Origin: Macrostomum lignano
Lineage: Eukaryota
DNA length: 64,000 nucleotides
NCBI GenBank assembly: GCA_002269645.1
Contig: NIVC01000808.1
Location: forward strand, 124,001-188,000
Reading direction: 5' to 3'
Below are positions 11,127-23,984 of this stretch, in pieces; the stretch's first letter is position 1, and each line of letters starts with the position of its first letter. The notes below the pieces were generated by a model that searched no databases, was not told the origin of the DNA, and worked only from the letters and a program-made list of their open reading frames with translations. Both the position numbers and the translations under genes were made by a program.

Positions 11127-14100
11127 ATGGCGACGAGTGTAAAAATCGGAGAGTTCGACGTGGCTAAACCGGAGCAATGGGAAGCTTATGAAGAACGACT
11201 CGAGCAGTTTCTCGTCGTAAACAAAGTGACCGAGGAGGCATGCACATAAGCGAGCAAATCTGATTACAGTGATTGGTAATGACTGCTATCAATTGCTCCG
11301 CAACCTGCTGTCACCAAAGAAGCCCAAGGATGTGAACTTCGACGATCAAGTCAAGGCCCTGAGGGAGCATTTTAACCCAAGGCCTAAGATCGTTGTCGAG
11401 AGATTCAACTTCCACAGCAGAGCCCAACATGAAGGAGAAAATGTGAGCGATTTCATCGCAAGTCTGCGGAAGTTTGCTGCCACGTGTGGTTTTAATGAAT
11501 TCTTGGACGAGGCACTGAGAGACAGGTTCGTTGTCGGCCTAAGGAATCGCCTGACACAGCAGCGTCTGTTGCAAGAAGACACACTGACACTAACTGGAGC
11601 ACTTACCCTTGCGACTGCGATGGAAGCAGCGGAAAGAGGTGTGGTGACAATTTCGTCAACCGGTGCAATCCAGGCGGTGAAGTCTTCGAGAGCCAGTAAA
11701 AATCTGACAGACGGCTTGTCAGAGAAGAACAACAGAAACAATCAATCTGGATGCTTCCGCTGCAATGCACAAGATCACTGGGCAAAGAACTGCCCCTACC
11801 GTAGCAAGACGTGCAGCAAGTGCGGTCGAGTGGGACATAAAAGTGATGCCTGCCGCACAAAGGACAGGACTAAAGATTCCGGAGGTGGAAAGCAAAAGAA
11901 ACTCAGCTCGTCCAGACATAAGAGACACGGCAGAGTGCACTATGCACAGGACAAAGCTAGTTCAACCAGCTCACACAGCAGGGACTCAAACTGTACGAGT
12001 CAGGGACACCACAGGGAGTGCTTTGAAGTCAGGACAGTGTGCTCGACTGGACAGGTCGCGCATGTCACTTCTCCACCATACGAGTGCGAACTGGAACTGA
12101 ACGGAAAAGCTGTAAGATTTCAAGTGGATACTAGTGCGGATAAAACCCTGATCAACGAGAAGACCAGCAAGCAACTAGGCCTGAAGCTTTCAAGGACTAC
12201 CGTAAGGTTGTCCAGCTACACGGATCACTCAATCCCAGTATTAGGTGAAGCAACTATCGACGTGGTTAGCCACAACGTCCGGCTTTACCAATTGCCTGTA
12301 CTGATTGTCAAAGGAGAACGAGTAAATCTGCTTGGACGCGACTGGCTTTCTAAGATCAAGATTGACTGGGACAAGTTTGCGAGTGTGAACGTGACCACAT
12401 TAGTCCAGCCTATGGATCTATTGGTAAGGAGGCATGAGCAAGTGTTTGCTGAGACATTGGGAACCATTAAAGGATTGAAGGCCAATATAGTGCTGAAGGA
12501 GAATTCAATACCAAAGTATTTCAAAAGTCGGCCAGTTCCATTTGCAATCAAGGGTCTCATTGAGGACGAGCTCAAGAGTTTGCAAGCCCAAGGAATCATC
12601 ACGAAGGTGAAGGCATCGGATTTCGCATCGCCAATCGTTCCTGTTCTCAAGCGCGATGGAAAATCAGTGAGAATTTGCGCTGACTTTAAAAGGACAGTCA
12701 ATCCACAATTAGAGGTCGACAAGTATTCTCTGCCACGACCAGAAGAAATTTTTGCAACATTAAATGGCGGGAAATATTTTACCAAACTGGACATCTCGCA
12801 AGCATTCCTGCAGCTTGAGTTGGAAGAATCCTGTTGAAGGTTTACCACTATCAACACTCATCTCGGTCTGTTTCAATATAACCGACTCACAATGGGACTG
12901 GCATCCGCACCGGCTCAGTTTCAGGAGGCCATGGAGAAAATACTGCAGGGCCTGGACGTCGTTGTATACATAGATGATATTCTGGTGTCTGGAACCAGTC
13001 TGGAAGACCACGATAATAGGTTGAACGCCGTGTTGGAGCGCCTTTCAGATTATGGCGTGCATTTAAACAGAAAGAAGTGTGAATTTCGTCTCAACAAGAT
13101 TGCATTCCTCGGATACGTTATTGACGAAAATGGACTTCACCCATCAAACGAGAAAGTTGAGGCAATTCACAATGCACCGGCACCAACAAATGCAACCGAA
13201 GTTCGCTCTCTAATTGGAATGATAACCTACTACGCGAAGTTCATCCCGAATCTGTCGTCGATTCTGGTACCGCTCAATCGACTGTTGTGCAAGGAATCGG
13301 AGTTTCGCTGGAGTGAGGAGTGCAACGCTGCATTTGACAGAGTGAAGAAAACGCTGACATCTGACCGAGTGCTAGCGCATTTCGATCCGAAGAAGCAGCT
13401 CGTTCTACAAACGGATGCTTCAAAGTATGGAATCGGATGTGTCATCTCGCACGTGATGCCGAATGGTGATGAAAGGCCAGTTGCCTATGCTTCGAGGACG
13501 CTATCAAAGCCGGAGATTAACTACTCGCAGTTGGAGAAGGAAGCGCTGGCCATAGTATTCGGAGTAAAAAGGTTCCACCAGTACCTGTTTGGACATCATT
13601 TCGTGCTTGTGACGGACCATAAGCCGCTCCTAACCATCTTTGGAGACAAAAAGGATATCCCTAGCATCGCAGCAAGTTGTCTTCAGCGTTGGGCCGTACT
13701 TCTGTCCGCCCACCAATACACAATCAAATTTCGAAGGACAGAGGACCATTCAAATGCGGACGCGCTTTCACACTTACCAGATCGAGCCAAGAACATCTCA
13801 TGTGACAAAATTCTGGAAGTCAGACTTGAGATGCTACCGATCACGGCAGAGACGATTAGAACCGCGACACGGAAGGACGCAGAACTTCGAAAAGTCGTTC
13901 ACTACTGCCAAAACGGCTGGCCAGAAACAAGTGAGCCAGGTTTGGAACAGTATTTTCGTAAAAGAAATGAGCTTTGTATCGAGCAAGGAGTGATTTTCTG
14001 GGGACTGCGCGTCGTTATTCCAAGGAGTGTGCAACGAATGGTTCTGGAGTTGCTTCACGACGGACACCCTGGAATAGTTGCTATGAAGTCTATCGCTAGG

Positions 14101-15188
14101 CTGCATGTTTGGTTCCCTGGAATCGATAGTGCCATCGAAGATTAGTCCGAAGCTGTGAAGGTTGCCAGCTGCAAAGAAATTTACCTGCACAGGCACCTGT
14201 ACAACCTCTTGTTTGGCCAGAGAAGCCATGGACAAGAATCCAGCTGGACTACATGGGACCATTTCATGGATATTTCTGGCTTATCATTGTCGACGCAACT
14301 AGCAAATGGGTCGAGATTTTTCCTATGAAACATGCGACTACAAGTAAGACAATTGAGTGCCTGCGAGATACTTTCACAAGGTTCGGAATTCCTCAGCAAG
14401 TCTTAAGTGACAACGGCAGTCAGTTCTGCTCATCTGAGTTTCGTGCGTTTTTGAAGCGAAATAATATTCGTCAAATTTTAACGGCTGTTGGACATCCGCG
14501 TACTAATGGACTTAGCGAAAGGATGGTCCAGACTGCGAAGTCTGCTATTAAAGCCGGAATCAAAACGCATGGAGACCCAATACTGAGTATGCAGAACTTC
14601 TTGTTCAGATACAGAAGTACACCTCACTCTACAACTGGTAGGTCGCCAGCTGAAATGATGCTGTGCTACAAGCGCCGGACTCAATTGGACTTTCTTAGGC
14701 CGGACACCTACTCAAAAGTACTGGATAAGCAGACTGATGTGACCGAACGACAAAGCCATAGAGGAGCGTCGCCGAGGGAGTTCCAGGAGGGAGAAAAAGT
14801 TCTGACGCTGGATTTCAGAAGGGAGAAAGAGAACAGATGGATTCCTGCCGAGGTGGTCACCCGCATAGGACCAATGTCTTACAGACTGCAGGTCAACGGT
14901 CAAATCTGGAAGAGGCACGTTGATCAAATTGTCAAGACAGACGTTCTTCCCACTCGAATTCCACCAATCATGAAGAGGCATCAGGACGATCAGACTGACT
15001 TGGCTCGTGAGCAAATGCAGAGTGAGGACATTTCAAATCCAGCAGCCCAAAGCGTGCCCGTGCAAGACGAACCACAGACAACCGACACAGACGGAACTCG
15101 TGGCAAGAGCACTGACACATCGGCTAAAGAACCTAGACGACTGAGGGACAGAGACAAATTGCAGAAACCGGACCGGTTGAGATATTAA
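11127..15188 (+). pseudogene. gag-pol: Disrupted gag-pol polyprotein (Gag with 2x CCHC, protease, RT, RNase H, integrase)
   Basis: MATSVKIGEFD... from ATG 11127. One extra base near 11243. CFRCNAQDHWAKNC and CSKCGRVGHKSDAC knuckles. Protease motif is DTS instead of DTG (12127-12135). In-frame TGA at 12835-12837 inside RT. YIDD motif, RNase H LQTDAS, a 1-nt deletion near 14143, integrase D-D-E (LDYMGPF / SDNGSQF / NGLSERMV). Stop at 15188. Confidence 0.93.
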
Positions 15189-15204
15189 TTGACAAAGGGG
15201 GGAA

Positions 15205-15464
15205 TGTTGTGTATGGACTTTTGGTTTAGCAAATGCACTAATGCTTCTCTTCTTTTGTCTATAGTCTAGGGTACAATCTTTTATTTCTTTAAGAGCCGAA
15301 GGCTAACAGTATTACAAAGGGAAAACAAGACGTGCGCCGGCTAGAGGCAAATAAAGCTTGTGAACAGCTCGTATTTTAAATAATGCTTCTTCGACTTGAC
15401 TTTGATGTCAGATGGTAGCCTGGAGGCAATAGTCGGTATAGAAGCAGAAGAAGAGGACATAACA
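15205..15464 (+). repeat. 3' LTR
   Basis: Follows the PPT and is followed by the ACCTC TSD. Confidence 0.97.
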
Positions 15465-15905
15465 ACCTCTGAGACTAATTAACTTACAATCTGATCTCAC
15501 CTCTGAGACTGATCATCTTGCAATCTGATCTCACCTCTGAGACTGATCAACTTGCAATCTGATCTCACCTCTGAGACTGATCAACTTGCAATCTGATCTC
15601 ACCTCTGAGACTGATCAACTTGCAATCTGATCTCACCTCTGAGACTGATCATCTTGCAATCTGATCTCACCTCTGAGACTGATCAACTTGCAATCTGATC
15701 TCACCTCTGAGACTGATCGTCTTGCAATCTGATCTCACCTCTGAGACTGATCATCTTGCAATCTGATCTCACCTCTGAGACTGATCAACTTGCAATCTGA
15801 TCTCACCTCTGAGACTGATCATCTTGCAATCTGATCTCACCTCTGAGACTGATCATCTTGCAATCTGATCTCACCTCTGAGACTGATTATCTTGCAATTT
15901 GATCT
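15465..15905. repeat. 34-bp minisatellite, right part (continuation of 9938..10866)
   Basis: Same unit, resuming in register after the TSD; about 13 copies. Confidence 0.95.
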
Positions 15906-17706
15906 GAAGCAATACAAGGGCGCCAATAGTCTACGCAGCCACGCACTCACATACGCTCACACAGGGTGCACAGTGGCCCTGACTGTCTAATCGTCAGGCA
16001 TGTACACTGTCTGTGCCTTGGGGTCTGGCCCTCATGTGGCTATGAATGGCACGACAACCCACTGCGTGCCCACAAGCCCCAAATGAATGCGGCAACGCAC
16101 GTAATCGAATGCCTATCTAGTCCTAGATAAATGCTTCTTACATGCTGCGAGAATACCAGCAAGGCTACTCCGAGTAGGCGGTAGAAGAGTTTGGTCCCCG
16201 TTTATTGTTTACTTTTTAGTACAATAAAATATTTCCATTGTTCACGTAATTTGAAGACGATTTTTATGCAGTAATCCATGCATGAAATATTGCTTAGACT
16301 CCTCTTTCCGGGTAGCGATGAAATTTGAATTTAGAGATAAAGCCTTGATGTTAATTTACTTACAGTAGGGCAAACCGATACGCTTGTGTCAGTGCAACAG
16401 GGCTTGCAATTTTTATGTCAAGCCTGGCAGGAAACACGCTTCTGCATGTTTGCAATGCAAAGAGAAACAGAGTCAATTTTCAGTGTGTGCACCACAGCTC
16501 GATTTCATTTCCCAAAAGGCACAATGGTTTCATAAGGCAAATCAATTGACGTAAAGGCTGCGGAAGCAAACAACCGCTATGCAATGCTTGTCTGCAACAT
16601 GGAGCTGGTCACACATTCTGTAAGCAGGCACACGCTCACACGGGATGTACAGCAGCGTTTGAATCTTGCGCTAGTTTGAGATTTTACGACATGTCGAAAA
16701 CGGGAAAAATTGGAAAACTGAAACAAAACTTTCGGCCCTACAGGCTGGGTTTTTATTCTATTAATTTTAAAACAAAAACTTTACGCCTCTTTCTTAGAAA
16801 GGTTGGAAGGTTCAGCAAGTCTTTCGAGTTTGAATCGAGGACTAAAAGTGTGGAAATGCAGTGTTTTATCGGAAGATTACTCGCACAAAAGTGCACAGGT
16901 AATTCGTCGCATGTTCCATTGTATGACTAAGGCGACTACCGTCAACATTCAAGTCCCCTTTATCCGGCCTGTCTATTGTTTCAGAGCTGTCTACCGATCG
17001 ATATTCTTCCAGCTGCTTCATCAGAATCCTCTCTCTTGGTAAATTGCTCAACCAGACGACTAATGCAGGAATAGGCTTGATATTCGCACGACTTTGATGC
17101 CAGACAAAAAGAGAATTTTTCCTCCTACTGTTTCCCAAGCAAAGCTTTGCTAAAAATAGAAACGATACTCGTATTGAGACAGACAGACATTAAACAGAAA
17201 AAGATACTCTAGCTTGAAGATGCCCTTTCTAATGGGCCGGATTAACATTGGCGTTTAAATTATGAATTCCCTCCATTAATTAAACCTCACTAATTTCCCA
17301 CTTATTAATTTCCCTTTCCGATTTTTCCATTCTCCCTGCATAAATTCCTATCCTTCCCAGAAGGTCGCCCAAATCCTTCCCAGAGATTCACTCCCAATCC
17401 TTCCCACCTTCCCGAAGTTTTACCATAGACAAACTCCACTTAGAAAGATCTGTCTATCCTACATGTAAATTTTAGCTGTCGTGCATGACATGACATGAAG
17501 TCTATGGCCAAGACTTCCTAAAAATTGGGATATTCCCCCCCATGAATATCATTGGCTAATGTAATTTAATAATAGTCACCACCCCTAAGTTCTTAATGGC
17601 TGAAGCTTGTACGCGGGGGAATGCTAATTTCTTTCCCTTAAGCCGTCGTGGCCCAGAGGAAGAAAGCAGTTAAAGATGTCTAACGTTAATCGTGACTTTG
17701 GAATTT

Positions 17707-17912
17707 CCCTCGCGTACAACTTCAGCCATTATCTATCCATGTATCCATATCTATCCATAAATCCATATCTATCCATATATCCATATATCCATATCTATCC
17801 ATGTATCCATATCTATCCATATATCCATACCAGTATCTATCCATGTATCCATATCTATCTATATATCTATATATCTATCCATATATCCATATCTATCCAT
17901 AAATCCATCTAT
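17707..17912. repeat. ATCCAT/ATCT compound microsatellite
   Basis: Seen directly in the sequence. Confidence 0.9.
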
Positions 17913-18594
17913 CGATATGACAAATCTGCGCGTTATTTATCGGCCTCTGCAGCTGATTTCTAAGCAAATCGAGTCCGGCGTTCGTCTGCTCAGCTGATTG
18001 TGTCTCGACCAGTGGAATGAATTTTCCACTACAGCAATGAATTTTTATTTGAAATCAACACACATTAGGCAAACTGTTTCGACAGTAAAGACACACAATA
18101 AATAAAAAAGTTAATTAAAATTGTAATTAATAGGTGTGGCATTGACACAGCAATTTTTTGGTTTGCGAGTAATAAATATTCAGTATAGTGGAGTTATTAT
18201 TTTATGGAGATGTTTTTACCACTGACATCAGTCCTGAGGCTGTACTCAAGTTGAGAAAATGACTCCGTTGAAAATTTTTAGACTTTTTAGCACTTCATTT
18301 GCCAACCCTCCTTAACACTGCTGAATTGCATAATTAAATATCACTAGATTAAGAATCGTGTACATTTTATGGATACAGTGAAGAAAGTTGATACATCTGA
18401 AGTGCTTACTGTAATTTTGCTTGTACCATCAGAAGATTAGATAATTGAAAATTTATAACAGAAAAATCGACTCCTCGAACGCAAATAATTGATCTCACAT
18501 CAACTTTAAAGTCTATGAGATAGGAGCAAGCACTCACAAGTGACATAAGATTTGGGTTTTTTCATTTGGCTGCCAGCTGGGATCCAGGATACTA

Positions 18595-20060
18595 CGAGCG
18601 TAGTTCTGGCATTGGGATCTGTGAGCTGGGATTTAGGATGTTATAGTTCTGGGATTAGGATCTGGGATCTGGGATTTAGGATGTTATAGTTCTGGGATTA
18701 GGATCTGGGATCTGGGATTTAGGATGTTATAGTTCTGGGATTAGGATCTGTGAGCTGGGATTTAGGATGTTATAGTTCTGGGATTAGGATCTGTGAGCTG
18801 GGATTTAGGATGTTATAGTTCTGGGATCTGTGAGCTGGGATTTAGGATGTTATAGTTCTGGGATCTGGGATTTAGGATGTTATAGTTCTGGGATCTGGGA
18901 TCTGGGATTTAGGATGTTATAATTCTGGGATCTGGGATCTGGGATTTAGGATGTTATAGTTCTGGGATTAGGATCTGTGAGCTGGGATTTAGGATGTTAT
19001 AGTTCTGGGATTAGGATCTGTGAGCTGGGATTTAGGATGTTATAGTTCTGGGATTAGGATCTGTGAGCTGGGATTTAGGATGTTATAGTTCTGGGATCTG
19101 TGAGCTGGGATTTAGGATGTTATAGTTCTGGGATCTGGGATTTAGGATGTTATAGTTCTGGGATCTGGAATCTGGGATTTAGGATGTTATAGTTCTGGGA
19201 TCTGGGATCTGGGATTTAGGATGTTATAGTTCTGGGATCTGGGATCTGGGATTTAGGATGTTATAGTTCTGGGATCTGGGATCTGGGATTTTGGATGTTA
19301 TAGTTCTGGGATCTGGAATCTGGGATTTAGGATGTTATAGTTCTGGGATCTGGGATCTGGGATTTAGGATGTTAGTTCTTGGATCCGGGATCTGGGATTT
19401 AGGATGTTAGTTCTTGGATCGGGGATCTGGGATTTAGGATGTTGGTTCTAGGATCCGGGATCTGGGATTTAGGATGTTAGTTCTAGGATCCGGGATCTGA
19501 GATTTAGGATGTTAGTTCTAGGATCCGGGATCTGAGATTTAGGATGTTAGTTCTAGGATTCGGGATCTGGGATTTAGGATGTTAGTTCTAGGATCCGGGA
19601 TCTGGGATTTAGGATGTTAGTTCTGGGATCGGGGATGTGGGATTTAGGATGTTAGTTCTGGGATCGGGGATCTGGGATTTAGGATGTTAGTTCTAGGATT
19701 CGGGATCTGGGATTTAGGATGTTAGTTCTAGGATCCGGGATCTGGGATTTAGGATGTTAGTTCTTGGATTCGGGATGTGGGATTTAGGATGTTAGTTCTG
19801 GGATCGGGGATCTGGGATTTAGGATGTTAGTTCTGGGATCGGGGATGTGGGATTTAGGATGTTAGTTCTAGGATTCGGGATCTGGGATTTAGGATGTTAG
19901 TTCTAGGATCCGGGATCTGGGATTTAGGATCTGGGAGTGTTCTGGGATCTTAGATCTGAGATTTAGGATCTGGGATCTAGGATCTAAGAATATGGTATTG
20001 AGGATTTAGAATACGGGATCGGGTATCTAAAATTTTGAATCTAAGATTCTGAAATCTGGT
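18595..20060. repeat. Degenerate minisatellite GGGATTTAGGATGTTATAGTTCT(GGGATCT)1-2, decaying towards the C1GALT1 3' end
   Basis: More than 35 units of ~30-43 bp built from GGGATCT/AGGAT submotifs. Confidence 0.9.
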
Positions 20061-20107
20061 ATATGGGATCTCTCATTGGACTAATGCCTGTCACACGCGC
20101 GTGCCTG

Positions 20108-20287
20108 TCACACGCGGCCTTTCACACCGGAATGGCTCGCCAGCGGCACCCCGTTGGCGCCGTGCCTGACTGAGTCGGCGGACACTCCGTAGGCCCTCAG
20201 CTGGTAGATGAAGTAGTGCAAGGTGAGCATGTCCACCGGCCTGATGTAGTGAAAAGAGATGGCTGTGGAGCTGCAGCAGTCCAGGCC
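20108..20287 (-). CDS. C1GALT1: C1GALT1 exon 4 (last)
   Basis: Acceptor ctcag|GGC. Encodes GLDCCSSTAISFHYI...LHYFIYQLRAYG, matching C1GALT1 CCSDLAVSFHY...YHLRPYG. TGA at 20110-20108. Confidence 0.9.
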   Translation of the reverse strand, partial: GLDCCSSTAISFHYIRPVDMLTLHYFIYQLRAYGVSADSVRHGANGVPLASHSGVKGRV

Positions 20288-20401
20288 CTGAGTGAAATTT
20301 CATGGAGTCGGAGTTTGACTAAATTTTTAAATGGAAAATCTTTTAAATTTTTTAAGCCATTTTCTTAGAAATTAGCTGGACAGAGCGAAGCAAAAGCTCA
20401 C

Positions 20402-20559
20402 CACTTTGATTGGATGGTAGTTGTACTTCCACAGCCAGAAATCCTTGGGCCAGTTCGCGTAGTCAATGTGGCTGGCAGCGTCGAACGGGTGAAACCGCTC
20501 GCGTCCCTTCTCGTCTATCGAGTCCAGAATGCTCACGCCGACGTTCTCGAGGCAGTTGC
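20402..20559 (-). CDS. C1GALT1: C1GALT1 exon 3
   Basis: Acceptor cgcag|GC. Encodes GNCLENVGV...DSIDEKGRERFHPF...FWLWKYNYHP. Donor GTG|gtgagc at 20402/20401. Confidence 0.9.
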
Positions 20560-20637
20560 CTGCGCAGAGGACATTGGATCAGTGAGACCGGGTGCCTACA
20601 TGTGTTCACAGAATATATTCTGTGACATGTGTTAGTA

Positions 20638-20745
20638 TCTGTTTCTGATTTGTCTCTGATTTGTCTCTGGTCTGTCTCTGATCTGTTTCTGGTCTGTCTC
20701 TGGTCTGTCTCTGGTCTGTCTCTGATTTGTCTCTGATCTGTCTCT
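20638..20745. repeat. Short TGTCTCTGAT(T/C)-type tandem repeat in C1GALT1 intron 2
   Basis: About 9 copies of an 11-12-bp unit. Confidence 0.8.
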
Positions 20746-20869
20746 GAAATCCCTATAATAAATATACAATATGGTCTGTGCAGTCATTTACTAAAATATT
20801 TTCAAGCTGGGCCTGATGTCACCAGCTTCTTCCCCCTTCACTTTCCCAGCCAATCTGTCCCCAACTCAC

Positions 20870-21211
20870 CCATATTAACATCCTCGGCGCCTCCGTGCTT
20901 CCTACAAAAGTTATTTTCCTTTTTGAAGGCCTTCTCAACCAGAGCTTTGACGGCGGCTCTAGACAAGACGTAGCTGCCGCCTCCGGACATGTAGCCATTC
21001 TTGGTGTACGGCCGGAACCGCCGGCCCGCAAACACCGGCTCCGTGGCCTTCGTGTTGCGCAGAAAATATCGCAGGTTGTCCACTATGATATAAGAGTCAT
21101 CGTCTGCTTTCAGAAAGAAGTCGTAATCGTTGAGGTAATGCTCGTAGATGTACATGAAGGCCGCCTGGGTCTTGTCCCAGAGTTGGTCGCGGTCTTCCAC
21201 CAGTTTCATGG
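20870..21211 (-). CDS. C1GALT1: C1GALT1 exon 2 (DxD catalytic region)
   Basis: Acceptor cgcag|CC at 21212/21211. Encodes FFLKADDDSY and GRRFRPYTKNGYMSGGGSYVLSRAA. Donor G|gtgagt at 20870/20869. Confidence 0.93.
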
Positions 21212-21274
21212 CTGCGGGTTATTCAATTTTAGAGTTTTTAATGCCCTCATTCAGGCTTTTATTGCGCTCTACAC

Positions 21275-21800
21275 TGTGTCCTTTATTGTGTTTTCATCGT
21301 TGTGTCTTTTCTTGTCTCTCATTGTCTTTCATTGTCTTTAATTGTGTCCTTCATTGTCTTTAATTGTGTCTTTAATTGTGTCCTTCATTAGCTTTCATTG
21401 TGTCTTTAATTATGTCCTTCATTGTCTTTAATTATGTCTTTCATTGTGTCTTTGTTGTGTATTTAATTGCCTTTCATTGTCTTTTATTGTTTCCTTCATT
21501 GTCTTTAACTGTCTTTAATTGTGTCCTTCATTAGCTTTCATTGTGTCTTTAATTATGTCCTTCATTGTTTTTAATGGTGTCTTTAATTGTGTCCTTCATT
21601 GTCTTTAATTGTGTCCTTCATTAGCTTTAATTGTGTCTTTAGTTGTGTATTTAATTGCCTTTCATTGTTTTTCATGGTGTCTTGATTTGTACCTTTGATT
21701 GCATCTTTTGTCCTTCTTTTGTGTCTTTATATTTTCTTTCATTGTGTCTCCGGTCGTGTCTGTAACTGTGTCCTTTATTTTACCTTTCATTGTGCCTTTT
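21275..21800. repeat. Degenerate AT-rich tandem repeat (TGTCTTTAATTGTGTCCTTCAT) in C1GALT1 intron 1
   Basis: Seen directly in the sequence. Confidence 0.8.
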
Positions 21801-22250
21801 GCTGCTGCTGCCAAGCTGTTTGACACCTTAATAGGTAAACTACCGCTGTGGCATCATTTCCTTACAGGCAGAGATTGCTGCTTCCCCATGGTCTCCCATG
21901 GCAACTTAATACGAAGTGGTTCTCTATGATGGGATTCTGGCAAAGTGGGTGTACTCTATCCTGAGCAGTGGGATTCTTCTTGCCCAACTCCTTGTTTGCC
22001 AAGGAAGGGTGAAACAATGGCTTTGAATTAGCACCTGCTCCCGCTGTGAATGCTTGATTTATTCAGGAAGTACTTCAACCCTTTAAAGCCTGGGAATTGT
22101 AAAAAGATCTGTGGGTTTAGATAAGGTCTCTTTTTTGAATGGCAGCGTCTGATAATGTTATTGTATAGTTTTCTATCGGTAGTGCAGCTGTCAATCCGTC
22201 AAAAATGTGCTTCGTAATCCTCAATGCAGGTGGCACTCTGTAGCAGGTGT

Positions 22251-23040
22251 GGCACCGGGTTACACAGGTATCACTCTCAATGACAGGTATGGCATCCAGT
22301 TACACAGGTATCACTCTCAATGACAGGTATAGCATCCAGTTACACAGGTATCACTCTCAATGACAGATGAGGTATGGCATCCAGTTACACAGGTATCACT
22401 CTCAATGACAGGTATGGCATCCAGTTACACAGGTATCACTCTCAATGACAGGTATGGCATCCAGTTACACAGGTATCACTCTCAATGACAGGTGAGGTAT
22501 GGCATCCAGTTACACAGGTATTACTCTCAATGACAGGTATGGCATCCAGTTACACAGGTATCACTCTCAATGACAGGCATAGCATCCAGTTACACAGGTA
22601 TCACTCTCAATGACAGGTGAGGTATGGCATCCAGTTACACAGGTATTACTCTCAATGACAGGTATGGCATCCAGTTACACAGGTATCACTCTCAATGACA
22701 GGTGAGGTATGGCATCCAGTTACACAGGTGTCACTCTCAATGACAGGTATGGCATCCAGTTACACAGGTATTACTCTCAATGACAGGTATGGCATCCAGT
22801 TACACAGGTATCACTCTCAATGACAGGTGAGGTATGGCATCCAGTTACACAGGTGTCACTCTCAATGACAGGTATGGCATCCAGTTACACAGGTATTACT
22901 CTCAATGACAGGTATGGCTCCCAGTTACACAGGTATTACTCTCAATGACAGGTATGGCTCCCAGTTACACAGGTATCACTCTCAATGACAGGTATGGCAT
23001 CCAGTTACACAGGTATCACTCTCAATGGCAGGTATGGCGC
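22251..23040. repeat. 40/45-bp minisatellite GGTATGGCATCCAGTTACACAGGTATCACTCTCAATGACA in C1GALT1 intron 1
   Basis: About 19 copies; the array abuts the exon-1 donor at 23048. Confidence 0.95.
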
Positions 23041-23048
23041 CAACTCAC

Positions 23049-23418
23049 ACACTAGCGGCAGTCCGGTCGGCTTTGTGTTGCCAGTGTCAGACGAGAAGAA
23101 AAAATATCCATCACACCGGGGCGCCCAGGTGGCGTTGACGGCCCTGGCTTTGCTGTTGTAGTTCTGCGGCTGAGTCATCACCCAGCACAGGATTCGAACT
23201 CGGGCGCCGTCTGAGTCTTTCTCTTCGTGCAGCAAATTTTCTGGATGCTGTTTCTTCTGCGAAGCAGAAGATTCTTCTCCAACAAAGTTCAAAGAAGTTG
23301 GCAATCGAATCGAAGATGAGTTTCTGGATGCCAGCAGAGTCAGCAGGGCAAACAGGAGCCCCGTCATGGCCAGCACACAGAAGGCCAAGCAGATTCGTTT
23401 CAATCTCATTGGCCACAT
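23049..23418 (-). CDS. C1GALT1: Core-1 beta-1,3-galactosyltransferase (T-synthase) exon 1: type II TM anchor, stem, start of catalytic domain
   Basis: ATG at 23418 (MWPMRLKRICLAF; alternative Met at 23409), hydrophobic anchor, RILCWVMT...ATWAPRC. Donor T|gtgagt at 23049/23048 (phase 1). Confidence 0.88.
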
Positions 23419-23984
23419 TTTGCTAAGGTTTGATGGCGGCTGACTGCTTGTTACACTGGCTGCAATGCTTTGTTCAGGCAAGAGATAATGCTTCAATTAC
23501 ATTTATCAATGCAGCAGAAGGCTCAGAGATATTTTCCAGTCTCTATTGTTCCGATCTGCAGCTGCTTAAGTCTGAAAGCGTACAGACTCTGCTTTCAGCT
23601 TAAAAGCAGCCAATTGCAGAATGAGAGGGGGTTATAGTTTCTGGAATGTTGTGTACACTATAGCTAGCTCTGTCACTGTGGAGGTGGAATGCTACCGCAG
23701 ATTTTAAGTAAAGTTTTGCTTTGCCCAAATATATATCTCTCTCTAACTCTCCTTCTCTCTTGTGCTCTCTGTTTCCCGCTTTTTTACACGCATTCAGTTC
23801 GGCTTTGTGGCGTACACTACGAGTATGAACGATCTTCTTGTAGCCAACCGTGGTCTCTGGCTTGGGGTAGCTGACTGGCTTAAATTAATGTGTCACCGTT
23901 TTTATCTGTGTCTTTTAGGCCTCGAGTAAGGATAACGATCGGCTTGAGGTCTCGTATGTAAAACAAGTATGAGATTCACAGGTT

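Larger units (their letters stand above)
10867..15464 (+). mobile_element. Full-length but defective Ty3/Gypsy LTR retrotransposon, Mag-like
   Basis: Two 260-bp TG...CA LTRs (10867..11126 and 15205..15464) with 3 mismatches. 5-bp TSD ACCTC at 10862..10866 and 15465..15469. PBS TGGCGACGAG at 11128, PPT AAAGGGGGGAA at 15194..15204. Domain order gag-PR-RT-RH-IN. Two tandem CCHC knuckles. Confidence 0.97.

Noticed and set aside
11240-14150. Programmed frameshift or stop read-through in the Gypsy element
   Set aside because: The breaks lie inside Gag, RT and the integrase zinc-binding region, not at a gag/pol boundary, and lack slippery sites. They are mutations or sequencing errors.
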